From: the human T2T-CHM13v2.0 reference genome, Homo sapiens
NCBI RefSeq assembly: GCF_009914755.1
Contig: NC_060931.1
Length of the DNA: 64,000 bases
Direction: 5' to 3' (one strand)
Part shown: piece by piece, positions 25,848-40,282 of the stretch
Numbering within the stretch: the stretch's first letter is position 1
How the letters are laid out: each line of letters opens with the position of its first letter
The notes under the pieces: model-generated
The model's input: the letters and a program-made list of their open reading frames with translations, nothing else
Told to the model about the DNA's origin: nothing
Databases searched by the model: none
Made by a program: the position numbers and the translations under genes

Positions 25848-26744
25848 GGGTTTTAGACTCCTTCTTACAGTGAGAAGTGGTAAGACATTTGGGAAATTAA
25901 AAATTTATATATTTTATTTTCAGAAACATTACTTTGATAATTGTATTTATGCAAGATAAAACTACCATAAATATGCTAGCTGACCAGACATAAAATTGAT
26001 AGTTAGGCCAAGAAGCTGTTTCTAGAGCTGGCAGACCAAACTTGCTCCCTGCTTTGAAAGCTACACTTAAAAATTAGCTTTTTATGAAACAATACTCTTT
26101 TGGAATATGACTGTTGGCATTGCAAATAATAATGCTAACACATGAGAGAAAAAATAGATTATGCTTTATCTTTTAAATATTAAAAATAATTTATATACTT
26201 TCTAAATTATATTCTTGCTGTAGTTGCAATTTGAGAGGCATAATAAATAAATGTATTTGCAGAGTTTATTCAAATTGAACTGTTTTAAAGAACCTTATGA
26301 AGACAAATGTTGCTTTTCCACCAAGGCCAAAGTAAAAAATGAAGAAAAATTAAAGCTGAATTTTTCTGGAGTTAGTATCTTTTATACTGTTTTGATTTGT
26401 TTGCATTGTTAATATTATTTACAATATGATTAAGACCAAGCAGCTTATTACATAAAGTTTTTTTTAGCTATAAATAAGAGATAAAGTATTCTAAGCCACG
26501 AATATATGATTAACAAGATGTTCATCATGTCTCCAATGGTCTTAAATTGTGTGTGTCTGTTAAGTACCTTATCTCTAAGGAAAGTGAGGGAAGAATATGT
26601 GCAAAAAAAGTGCACTAAAACAAAGTAGCAAATAAACAAGAAACAGATGCTAAGGTATAAGGTGTTAGATCACAAAAGAAGGAACTCATTTAGAGTCACT
26701 CAAACAGTTAATTTTGTATCTTTTATCCCTTGCTGGAATCATCT

Positions 26745-27290
26745 ATTTTAAATGTATTTTTATTCTGAAATAATCCCGTAAAACTTGCAAACACAATTCA
26801 AAGTATTGATTTTGAAAGTAAGTTGTTGACCTGATATACAACTTAAATACCTTAATCTTGTGAGATTTATTATAAACATAGTCAATCTCCTACATAACCA
26901 CCATACAGCCATCAAAATCAGGAAAATAACATTAATATATTATTATCAACTCAGCCTCAGACCCTACTCAAGTTTTTCCAATTTTGTAAATAATGTTTTT
27001 TTATAGAAAAAAATTCAGGTCAGAATCATGAGTTGCATTTAGGTGTTATGTCTCTTTAATCTCCTTTGGTCTAGAGTAGTTCCAATTATTGCCTTGACTT
27101 TCATGACCTTGATACTTTTGAGGATTACAGGACACGTATTTTATAGAATATTATTTAATTTGTGTCTTTCCAGTATGGCCTCATGATTAGATTCGCGTTA
27201 TGCATCATTGTCAAGAATATCTCAAGGATGCTAGGTCTTCTTGTTGCAGCCTATCAGGTGGTTCACAGGTTCTACTTATTAATGATGTTA
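26745..27290 (-). mobile_element. L1MC4/5-like 3' end
   Basis: ATCAAAATCAGGAAAATAACATT, GTTGCATTTAG..GTTATGTCTCTTT, CTTTCATGACCTTGA. Confidence 0.7.
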
Positions 27291-29420
27291 ACCACTCTAG
27301 CTGATTGCCTATACTGGCCACCCACCTCACAGTGTGCATGAACCTCTAATCCGCTTTGGCTGACAACCCATAGTGCGCCACCTCTCCACAGGTGCATCTT
27401 ATTCAGCCTGACTTGTTCTGGCCACTGATGTTTTTAAAACTGATTTTTCAAGAAAGGGAAGGGAAGGGAAAACAAGGCAAGGGAAGAGGGAGAGAAAACA
27501 CCTTTAACTTCACAGACATTGTATACTCACAATCTTTAATGAATTAAAAAGTAATACATGAACTTCTGGTTTCGGATACTATATAAAAATGGCTTGGAAG
27601 CCATCTCTCCCATCCTCATAATAAGGAAAAAAAAAGCTGAATAACTGAAAGTTAACAGCTTTTCTTGGATACATCAGAGAAGTGAGTTCACAAGGTAAAC
27701 CACCATCCCCAAAACTAGAGAGTCAGGTATGAACAAACAGTCACAGCGTACTGAGCAGGAAATGCCACAGGAGCATTTCCTCACCAGGATCTCACCAGGA
27801 GCATCTGGTGAGAACAGTTAAAGAATACTTAACTGACTAAATGCCGAAGACTGAGTGTGGACTAGCTTAAGAGATAAAAACTCCTGAAATCCCGGAATTA
27901 GGGGGTTCCTCATACTTTTGTGAGTTTTACCTCTAAGAGCGCCAACATGTTCTCACTGTGAAGATCCATGAAAAATCCCCTCCTGCTTCCAGCAGTAAGA
28001 GAGGAAGAGTAACCACTTGCAAATGTATCCATAGCACTCCCTTCTCCTTAACAAAGGCCTGCCCTCAAAGGACACTATTTTACCAGAGCCTAACCAAGTT
28101 CAACTGTACCTTAGTTTAACTGACCTGGGTAAAAGGAAATACCCAACTCCAGCCTACTCCAGCCTTTCTATCTCACCTAAGGGATTGAACATAAAAGCTG
28201 AGAAACCCTGGTAAAAGTCATAACCTGGGGCAGAAGCTCACTAAAAGACTGAGACCTACCCACAGGAGTACACAGCACTTTTCTTCTGACATTTTACTAC
28301 CATGACAATAAGGAACTTGTATAATAGCAAGTGATTGCAGCTGAAAAAAATCTGTGAGGTTCAGATGCTGTTTAAAAAGTGGTCTCTAGGGAAACCTGAA
28401 CACGACAGGAGAGACAAAAACAAGGACATCAGAGAAAATTTTAACCTGTGAAATATACAACTATAGCAAACAGTAAGCATGCCTAAATCCTAGCCAGGTA
28501 AACAACACCCCACCCTATAGCCTATTTATCTTGGTTCCTTTTACATAACATATCATTTCTAACTTTCAACAAAAAATTTATAAGGCATGGTAAAATAGAA
28601 AAAATCAAAACAAAACAAAAATAAACATAGTCTAAAGAGACAGAGTGAGAACTAGTCTCATATATGGCAGATTTTGGAATTATCCGACTGGGAAATTATA
28701 ACTGTGACTAATATACTAAGAGGTCTAATGAAAAGTAGTGGACAACATGAAAGAACAGGTAGAGAATATAAGCAGAGAAATGAAAATTCTAAAGAAGAGT
28801 CATAAGGAAATACTAGAAATCATAATGCAACACGAATGAAGGATGTCATTGATGGGCTCATCACTAGACTGGACATAGCTGTGGAAAGAATCAGTGAGGA
28901 TGAAGATGATAGAAACTTTCAAAACTAAAAAGTAAATAAAAATATTTGAGAACAAAATATCCAAGAACCATGAGTCAATTTCAAAACGTGTAATGTATGT
29001 GCAATGGGAATACAAAAAGAAAAAAAGAAGGAAAAGAAGATATATTTTAAGAAATAACATCTGAGAATCTCCCCAAATTATTGGCAGACACCAAATCTCA
29101 GATCCAGAAAGCTCAGATAAGTATCAAAAATGTATACCTATGCATATTATATTTAAACTTCAGGAAATCAAACACAAAGAAGTATTTTGACAAGTCAGAG
29201 AAAAAAAAACACCTTACCTATAGAGGAACAAGAATAAGAATATATCAGACTTCTCGTCAGAAACCATGTAAGCAAGGAGAGAATGCAATACAAAGAAAGT
29301 ATTTAAAGAAAAAAAACCCAATGACCTAGAATTCTGTGTTCAGTGAATTATTCTTCAAAAAGGAAAGAGAAATAAAGATTTTCTCAGACAAAAAAGTTGA
29401 AGGAATTTGTTATGAATAGA

Positions 29421-30025
<605 letters not shown>

Positions 30026-31333
30026 AAAGAATTCCTCCAGAGGAGAGGAATATGATATAGATATTAAAATTGGATTTATATAAAGGAAGAGCATTCAAAT
30101 TAAATAAAAGGGGATAAAATAAAATTGTTTCTATTTTGTATTTTAATGATCTAAAACGTAACAGTTAAAAACATTAATAGCAACAATGTATTGAACAAAT
30201 ACAGCTTATATATAAGTGAAATGTAAGACAGTAACGTTCTAAGAGATGGAGAAATTGGAAATACTTTGTTGTACAGTACCTGTAATAAAAAGTGGACCTA
30301 GATTAGTTGTATATGTATATTGTAAACTTTAAGACAATCATTTAAAAAACTAAAGAAATAAGTATAATTGATAAACTAAGAGGGGAGAGGAAATAGAATC
30401 ATAAAAAATGCTCACAACCAGAAAAGGAAAAAAGAGAGTGGAAGACAAAAACAAAGAAAGAACAGGGGAAACAAATAGAAAACAGCAACAAATGTAGCCA
30501 ATAATAACCCGGCACTATCAATAATCACTTTAAATGTCAATGATCTAAATACAACAATTAAAAACAGGCTGTCAGAGTGGATATCAAAACCCAATTATAT
30601 TTCACCTACAAAAAACCCACTTTAAATATATAAACATTAATATATGAGAAACCAAGGTGTGAAGAAAGATATGCCATGCTAACGTTAATCAGAAGAAAGA
30701 TGGGGTAGTTATGTTCACTTCAGGGAAAGCAGACTTCAGAGCAAGAAAAATGATCAGAAATAAAGACAGGCTTTATGTAATCACAAAAGTGTCAGTTCTC
30801 CCAGAAGACATAATAATCCTGGATGTGTATATGTTTAACAAAAGTATATTAAAATACATGGGGCAAAAACTGTTAGAACAGCAAAGAGAAATGGGAAAAT
30901 CCACTATTATATTTGGAGAATTCAATTTGCAGGAATTAAACAGATTCAGCAGATAGAAAGATAACACTTATATAATGAAACTGAATAACACCATCTATCA
31001 ACTATCTATTTGACATTTACGGAAGACTTCACCCATCAACGTAATAATATATATTCTTTTCAGGTTCACAGAACATTCGCCAAGATAAACTACATTCCTG
31101 GCAGTGAAATACCCTGAACAAATTAAAAATAATAAAAATAATACAACGTCTGTCCTCAAAATTACAATAGAATTAAACTAGAAATTACTAACAGAAAAAA
31201 GTTACAAAATCACAAAATAATTGGAGATTTAACAACACACTTCTAAATAATATGTGATTCAAAGAAGTCTTAAGATAAATTATAAAATATTTCAAACTAA
31301 ATGAAAATAAAAATATCAACTATCAAAATTTGT

Positions 31334-31654
31334 GGCCAGATATGGTGGCCTACGTCTGTAATCCCAGCAGTTTGGGAGGCCAAGTCAGGTGGATCACTTG
31401 AGCTGAGGAGTTCAAGACAAGCCTGGGCAACATGGTGAAACCTCATCTCTACCAAGAAAAAAAAAAAAGAAACTAGCCAGGCATGGTGGCACATGTAGCT
31501 GTAGTCCCAGCTACTTAGAAGGCTGAGGCAGGAGGATTGCTTGAGCCCAAGAAACAGAGGTTGCAGTGAGCCAAAAACATGCCACTGCACTCCAGCCTGT
31601 GTGCACTCACTCTGTGAGTGAGTACCTGTCTCAAAAAAAAAAAAAAAAAAAAAA
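31334..31654 (+). mobile_element. AluJ-type SINE
   Basis: GGAGGATTGCTTGAGCCC right arm and poly(A). Confidence 0.9.
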
Positions 31655-32050
31655 GATAAAAATAATTGTGATATGCAGCAAAAGCAGTGCTTGGAGAGAA
31701 ATTTATAGCACTAAATACACGTATTAGAAAAGATAAAGGATCTGAAGTCCCTAACTAAGTTTCTGCCTTACAAAACTAGTAAAGGAGAGCACATTAAATC
31801 CAAGGAGAAAATAAATAATAATAAATTACAATATAAATTGATAAAACTGAAAGCAGAAAATTAGTACAGAAATCAATAAATCCAAAAGATAGTCCTTTGA
31901 AAAGATCAATAAAATAACTAAACCTCTTGCTAGGTTAACCAAAAACAAGAAGACACAAATTACTCATATCAAAAATAAAAGAGGGGTTATCACAGCTGAT
32001 AGCACAGACATTAAAAGGACAATAAAGGAATATTATTATCAATTCTATTA

Positions 32051-32075
32051 GTGTGTGTGCTGCTGAAGCGAGCAC
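32051..32075 (-). pseudogene. Tailless U6 snRNA 5' retrocopy (about nt 1-25/28)
   Basis: Reverse complement GTGCTCGCTTCAGCAGCACACACAC(TAA) versus U6 GTGCTCGCTTCGGCAGCACATATACTAA. Perfect TSD AATTCTATTA at 32041-32050 and 32076-32085. Confidence 0.9.
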
Positions 32076-32495
32076 AATTCTATTACCCAGAATTTGAAAA
32101 TTTAGATGAAATGAGTCAATTCTAGAAAGACACAATCTACCAAAAGTCAAGATTATATATCTGTTAGAGAAATATATAATTTAAATAGGTCTATATCAAT
32201 TAAAGAATTTGAGTCAATAACTAATAAATTTTCAAAACAGGGAAGTCCAGGCCTAGATAGTTTCACTGGTAAGTTCTAACAAACTTTAAATAATTCTCTA
32301 CAATCTTTTTCACAATCTAAAAACTGAAGAAATACTTTCTACCTTATTCTATGAGGCTGGAATTACCTTCATATGAAAATGAAACAAATATGTTACTGGA
32401 AAGGAAATTATAGACCAATATCTCTCACAAAAATATATATAATCTTCAACAAAATATTAGCAAAACAATTCATAAAAATAATTATACACCATGCC

Positions 32496-32867
32496 TGATA
32501 CGGTTTGGCTCTGCGTCCCCACCCAAATCTCATCGCGAATTGTAATGCCCACAATCCCCATGTGTCAGGGAAGGGGCCTGGTGGGAGGTGATTGGATCAT
32601 GGGGGTGGTTTCCCCCATGCTGTTCTCATGATAGTGAGTAAGTTCTCAGGAGATCTGATGGTTTTATAAGTGTTTGACCATTCCTCCTTCATATGTTCTT
32701 TCTCACCTGCCACCATGTAAGATGTGCCTGCTTCCCCTTCAGCCATAATTGTAAGTTTCCTGAGGCCTTCCCAGCCATGTGGAACTGTGAGTCAATTAAA
32801 CGTCTTTTCTTTACAAATTACCCAGTCTTGGGTATTTTTTACAGCAGTGTGAAAAAAGACTAATACA
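32496..32867 (+). mobile_element. MaLR solo LTR (THE1D/MSTA-like)
   Basis: TGATACGGTTTGGCT...CCCACCCAAATCTCAT...GACTAATACA. 5-bp TSD ATGCC/ATGAC. Confidence 0.9.
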
Positions 32868-33282
32868 ATGACCGAGTAGTTTATTTGGTCATTTTTTTGG
32901 TACATTATTTTTATGTACAAAGCTGGTTCAACGTTTGAAAATCAGTTAATATGGCCCATCATATCAATAGGCTAAAGAAGAAAAAAATATGTGGTCATGT
33001 CAATAAGTGTAGAAAGAAGCATTTGATAAAACCCAGCAGGCATTCATGATAAAGACTGTCAGCAGCCTAGGAAAAGAATTAGCATCATACTTATTGATGA
33101 GAAACTAGATGCTTTCTCCCTAAGATTTGGGACAAGTAAAATATGACATCACCTCTCACCAGTCTTATTCAGCATTGCTCAGGAAGTCTTAACTAATGCA
33201 ATAAGATCAGAAAAGGAAACAAAATGTATACAATTTGAGACAGAATAAATAAAACTCCTTGTTTACAGGTGATAAAACTGTC

Positions 33283-33849
33283 TATGGTGGTTAATATTAG
33301 GTGTCAACTTGGTTGGATTGAGGGATGCCTGGATGGCTGGTAAAGTATTGTTTCTGCGTATGTTTGTGGGAGTGTTGCAAGAGGAGAGTCCGTGGACTGG
33401 GGGAGGAAGATCCACCCTCAATTGGTGGGCACCATTCAATCAGCTGCCGGATCAAATCAGCTCCTGCTAAAACAACGCAGGAGGAAGAAGGTGGGTTAAG
33501 TTTGCTTGGCTACTCTTCTGGCTTTCTTTTTTCTTCTTCCCATGCTAGACGCTTGGTTCTGCTCCTCCTGCTCTTGGACATCAGACTCCAGGTTCTTCAG
33601 CTTTTGGACTCTGGTACTTGACCAGCAGCTTCCTGGGAGCTCTCAGGACCAAAGGTTGTACTGTCACCTTCCTTGGTTTGAGGTTTTTGTGGTTGGACTG
33701 AGCCACTATGGTTTCTCCTTTCCCCTGCTTGCAGACAGCCTATCATGGGACTTCGCGGTGGAATCATGTGAGCCAGTTCTCCCTAATAAACTCACTTTTA
33801 TATATACAAATATTCTATTCACTCTGTCCCTTTGGAGAACCTTAATACA
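33283..33849 (+). mobile_element. MLT2 (ERVL) solo LTR, MLT2A/B-like
   Basis: GGTTAATATTAGGTGTCAACTTG..TGGATTGAGGGATGC...CCTAATAAACTC...TGGAGAACCTTAATACA. Confidence 0.85.
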
Positions 33850-33872
33850 TGGTCCATATAAAAAAAAATCCT

Positions 33873-34248
<376 letters not shown>

Positions 34249-34680
34249 TTAATATGCATGTCAATTGCATTCTTACATATCAGCAATTAACAATTAGAAT
34301 TTGTTTCATTTATGTTAACATTATCTTAGCACCAATATTGCCACCAAAAAACCTGAATTGGTGTAAAGCTAATAAAATATGTGCAAAACCTATATGAAGA
34401 GAACTATAAAACTCTAACGAAGAGGTTCAAAGAAGACCTAAATAAATGGAAAGATATTGCATTTCATGGATGGTTATGCCCTAACATTTCCCTAAAAATA
34501 AAATATATTAATAAAAAAGTAATAAATGCACAGGATAAAAGATGCATTCATTATAAAAAGAAATTAAATTGAAGTATGTTCCCCTTAGACTTACAACTCT
34601 ACTTCCTATTGTTGCAATGTTCTTATACTTCCTTGTAGAACATTATCTGTTTGCTAACATAAATATATGTGCATATTTAT

Positions 34681-34975
<295 letters not shown>

Positions 34976-36170
34976 ATACGTGCATATTTATATGTGCACT
35001 TATATATGTGCATACCTATACTCCTTTTATTTACACAATTTTCATAGTGATTTATTTTGATAACATTGCTTGGAGATCTATATTGGCACATAGATATATA
35101 TCTCATTATTTTAAAAAATTGAGTAGTATTTGCCAAATATTGATGAATTCTAAAATTTTTGTGTTGTCCTTGTTTTTTGTTGTTGTATCCACAGCAAAAC
35201 TTTCTATCTGTAGAATTATTAGGCCAAAGGCATGCACATTTTAAATGTCAGTAAATATTGCCAAATTACCCTCCTAATTTTGTAGCAATTGATAATATCA
35301 ATTTTCCCACATCTATTTTTGCCATTCCCATGGGTGAGAAAGCATATTTTATTTAATTTTCATTTGTGTTTATATAATTATGAATCATATTGTTCCTTCA
35401 TATTTATTAAATTATTGTATTTTTTATAACGAATCATTTCAAGTTCCTTTTATATTTCTACTTGTACAGCTAGACTCCCTCATTAGTTTTTAATATTTTC
35501 CTGATTCTTTTAGGATATTTTCCAGATGAACTTGACAACAATAGTCACAATAAAACACAGTTTCTCCTATTATTAACATTTTGCATTCGTGTAGTATATT
35601 TGTTACAATTGAAACTTAGTATCATATTGTGATTATGAAATAATTTAGAGAGCAGTGATATCTTTAAAATATTTTTTCTGTTAAGAAATATAGCTTTATT
35701 TCTCATTTATGTCTCTTAGAAGGGTTTGAAGTTTCAAAATTTAAGTAATATATATATTAATCTTATTTCTAGAAATATCATTTTCCAGTCTTTTAAATAG
35801 TGACAATCTAATTCTGTGACAACATGCCTTATGATAATCTAAGGAACACAATACTTACTTAAATACATTTTTTCCCTCCTATCAACAATTGTTTTCATAC
35901 AAACCTTTCAAAAACCAGATTCTGTTATTTTAGTGCTAATCCTAGAAATAAGAACTTTTATGGTTGAGTTATGAAGCACTTAATATGATATTTACCACTT
36001 TTCTGTTCATTCCTCACACATTTATTATATCCAAAAACCATGGACTCTTGCACCTTCCTTTATGAGATAAGCTTTATAAAACTATAATTTTAGAAATCAG
36101 TAACTGGTTTCTGTACAATTCCAGATAGAATATTATCACAGAAATTACTCAAAGTAGGGAAGTCATTTTC

Positions 36171-36207
36171 GGGGTGGGGTAGGGTGGGGATGGCATGGGT
36201 TTTGGGG
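36171..36207 (+). other. Potential G-quadruplex
   Basis: GGGGTGGGGTAGGGTGGGG (36171-36189) plus two further G-runs. Confidence 0.6.
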
Positions 36208-36384
36208 ATGAGATAGCTGAATGGGAACACAAATTTTCAAAAAAAAATTATTTTATCCAAAGTTTATTGGATTCTCATCTTCTTTGGGCAAGCAAAGAAA
36301 ATGAAGACAGTAACAAAAAAATATAAAGCTGGGTGTGAGATCTAATATTACCAGTGCACATTTCTATGCTGCAACTTACATATA

Positions 36385-36560
36385 CTTCAGGACAACATTG
36401 TGAGATACATTCTTTGTTATTTTACAGATCAGAAAATACAGGCCCAGGATGCTAGAGTAAATTTCCAAAAGTCACAATCATAGACTTAGTTACGAAGGCC
36501 TGGGACTTGAACTCAGTCCTAGCCTGACTCCAAAGCCCATGTTCTCTTCATAATGCACTC
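36385..36560 (-). mobile_element. MIR SINE
   Basis: TTTTACAGATCAGAAAATACAGGCCCAG...GGGACTTGAACTCAG...CTGACTCCAAAGCCC. Confidence 0.7.
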
Positions 36561-37459
36561 TGCCATTCAGAAACCATTGATTGCATAGGGAAAGAATACC
36601 AGGTAATGCACTATGGGTAATAGAACAGAGTAATAAAATATAAATATTAAGCGCAAATAAAATGGAAAAAAATTCAAACAAGCACATTTTCCACTTATAT
36701 TCTATAGGGAATTTCATCAGGCATATTACATTTTATGATACAAATAGCATAAACGCCACTGCTTCTACGTTATATACTTGGTTTTTTTAATGCCGAATCA
36801 TCCTGTCTCTCTATTGCTTATAATACATGGTCTTTCCTATGAAATATTTTATTAGCAAGCTATTTAAGAACCTGAATTTATTTTCTCTTATAGAATAAGG
36901 ACTTGATATCAGCCATTTAACAGAGGCAGGCTGTAGCCACTTCCCTTCCCTAATCCACTTTCATTAATTTTTTCTTTGTTCTTGGCATTATAACCTTTCT
37001 GTGTATACTCCCATACATTTCTCAGGCTGTAAAGAGTAAGCCATTTAAAAACAGCAAATCGAGAAATTTAGAGTTGAGAAAGCCCCTGGAGGTCGTCTGG
37101 ATTACCATCCCTTATAATGCCTTATATATAGCCAGAAACAGTGTATAAAATTACACTCAGAACTGATCTAGAAGACATCACTTCTCCACAAACACAATGA
37201 CTTTCACTGCCAACAACATTCAGTGCTTGACTTAACTCCAGTGCTTCGAGAAATTGGATCTATAGCCCTGATTTTATCCTCACTAGAATGAATTCCAAGT
37301 ATTCTCTGCTACTTTGCATCTCTGGCTCATACTGCAGGTGCTGCTGATTAGACCCTAGCTTTATGCCTGCATCTAGCTCCAAGGGTCTGAGAAAGCAGGT
37401 ATCTGATATCTATGGTAGGAAAAAAAACTGTCAAACATCCACTACATTTGTCAAGATCT

Positions 37460-38030
37460 CTATTACAACATAGCTTCTGAAACTGAATGCATCATTCCAG
37501 ATGGCTTCTGACCAATGCAGTATGCAATGCAATTAGCCACCTTGGTCTGAACAGAATGCATAATTATATTGAAGCACATGCTAAGATTATATGAGTGATT
37601 TTCATATCCACATCAAAGGGTTGGTTCACAATTAAGCTTTCAGTTAACTATAACCCTAAAACTCCGTCATCTTTTACTGCTGTTTCATCATGTGTTCTCC
37701 CATCCTGCATTTGTACATTTGTGGCTTGATTTTTTAACCCAAATATAGAACTTCATAATTAGCCCTGTTACATTTCACTTTGTTAGTTTTGGCCCATCTT
37801 TCCAATATTTTTCAATCTTTTTGAATACTGTCTCTATCATCCAATATAGTAACTACTGCTACACAGCTTTGTATTATACACGTACTGGATAAACATGCTT
37901 TTGGTTTTAGTCCAAATTCCTGATAAAAATGCTGAAAATAATATAATACATATAAAACACTGTGGGATACCACACAATATTTTCATCCACGGTGGAATCG
38001 AACCATTAATTCATATTTCAAGCCATTGAC
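37460..38030 (-). mobile_element. L3/CR1 LINE remnant
   Basis: Minus-strand translation near 37740-37787 reads NKVKCNRANYEVLYLG, resembling the CR1 RT C-terminal motif NKMKFNRDKCKVLHLG. Confidence 0.65.
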
Positions 38031-38307
38031 TAAATTTATCTAGAGTTATGTTCAAAATGTGTTCTTTTTTTAGTTTGCATTATGATGATGATGATGATGA
38101 TGCAAAGGGACACGTGAAAGATATTTAAAAGAAAATTTCTTTATGGTATAAGCATTATACAATAAGGAAGTAGGATGTGATTAATAATCAAAGATAACAT
38201 ATTCTCCAATGTGTGGACAATATATTCTTAAAAAATAAAATTATAAATCCCAGATTACTATCATGTATACTTTGTAGACCTGTCATAATATCATATTACT
38301 ATAAATC

Positions 38308-38530
38308 TCAGAGCAAACAGCAAACATTTTCTGTGAAAGACCAGATAGTAAATATTTTGACTTTGCATTCCATGTGCTTTCTCTTGGAAATACCTAACTC
38401 TGCCCTTGTAGAGAAAAAGCAGCCATAGACAATACATATATGAGTGGACATGATTGTTCCCATAAAACTTGACTTGTAAATATATGTGGCAGGCCAGATT
38501 TGGCCCATAGGCTCTAGTTTGTCCAACTGT
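38308..38530. mobile_element. MER58A-like DNA element
   Basis: CAGCAAACATTTTCTGTGAAAGACCAGATAGTAAATATTTT...GCAGCCATAGACAATAC...GGCCAGATTTGGCCC. Confidence 0.8.
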
Positions 38531-38639
38531 TTTTAGAAGATGGTCTATACAAGGCCCACAAAGTGGGCATGTGGACTCACATATAGATGAATATATTACA
38601 ATATTACAATATTCCCATAGTGTATATTTAATATTTTAA

Positions 38640-39004
<365 letters not shown>

Positions 39005-39129
39005 TGTCTTGTTTCATTTTGAACTTCAGTACCTAACAATGTTCTGGCACTTGCTAGTTGCTCCATATAAGTTGGTCATTATTCAAATAGGCATTAACAT
39101 GCTATTTAAAATAGAGTCGCATTCCTAGG

Positions 39130-39893
39130 TGTGGTGGACCCAGTTCCTCCCTTAAGAACAAGAACAATGGGCTTCCTACCTTTAACGCTAAGAGTGCTGC
39201 TGGTAGACAGCCCTCAGCTGAAAACCCTTAGAAATTACTTAGGGTCAAGAGAGCAACCTCTTCCAAGGCCGTGTCTCCTTCCCAGGACACCCTGTTTCCA
39301 GTGACAGATCAACATGAGGGATAAGGCTGATTTCTTTATTCTAACTCAGGACAAGTCTGAAGGTCATTTTAGCTTCAGAGTTCCTAGCTGAGGTCTTCAT
39401 TGAGACTGAATTACAGCTAACCCGTCTCTTCTCAAATCTTCTTCCCTAAATTTTGATTTCAAAGGACTCCTGATATAGTTTGGCTTTGTGTCCCACCCAA
39501 ATCTCATCTTAAATTGTAAATCTCTAGTTGTCAAAGGAGGGAACTGGTGGGAGGTGATTAGATCACGGAGGCAGTTTTACCCCTGCTGTTCTCGTGATAG
39601 TGAGGGAGTTCTTACAAGATCTGATGGTTTAAAATGGCAGTTTCCTCTGTGCTCTCTCTCCTGCTACCATGTGAAGGTCCCTGCTTCCTCTTTGCCTTTT
39701 GCCATGATTTCCTGAGGCCTCCCCAGCAATGCTGAACTGTGAGTCAATTAAACTTCTTTTGTTTATAAATTACTCAGTTTCAGGTAGTATCTTTACAGCA
39801 GTGTGAAAATGGACTAATACAACCCACTAATAATCCTCCTGCATTCTAGTATCTGTCACAGAGTCTACTTTCCAGTGAATGCAACCTGCAACA
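39130..39893 (+). mobile_element. LTR16-like ERVL LTR, interrupted by a MaLR LTR
   Basis: CAGCCCTCAGCTG...AACTCAGGACAAGTCTGAAGG...CAGAGTCTACTTTCCAG...CAACCTGCAACA end. Confidence 0.6.
39471..39821 (+). mobile_element. MaLR solo LTR (THE1D/MSTA-like)
   Basis: TGATATAGTTTGGCT...CCCACCCAAATCTCATCTT...GTGTGAAAATGGACTAATACA. Confidence 0.88.
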
Positions 39894-39917
39894 GCAACCT
39901 ACAACAAGAAGAATATT

Positions 39918-40282
39918 TGCTACGGTTTGAGTGTGGCCGCTGTGAAATTCAGGTGTTGCCAATGTGATAGTATTAAGAGGTAGGGCCCTTAAGAGGCGAT
40001 TAGGTCATGAGGGCTCCTCCCCAAATTAAGGCCCTTATTAAAGTGGCATCATGCAGGGTTCAGCTAGCTTTCCCTTCTGCGGATGTGGTGTTCTTCCTTC
40101 TAGAGAATGCGGCAGTAAGGCACCATCTTTAAAGCAGAGAACAGCCCTCACAAGACAACGGAATCGAATCTACCAGGGCCCTGATCTCGGACTCCTGAAC
40201 TGTGAGAATATAAATTCTTGTTTTTTTGTAAATTACCCAGTCTTGGGTGTTGTTTTATAGCAGCACAGAATGGACTAAGGTG
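39918..40282 (+). mobile_element. MaLR LTR (MSTC/MSTD-like)
   Basis: TGCTACGGTTTGAGTGT...GTATTAAGAGGT.GGGCC.TTAAGAGG.GATTAGGTCATGAGGG...TATAGCAGCAC..AATGGACTAAG. Confidence 0.8.

Noticed and set aside
32051-32075. Functional U6 gene
   Set aside because: Only about 25 nt, no PSE/TATA or terminator, flanked by a TSD
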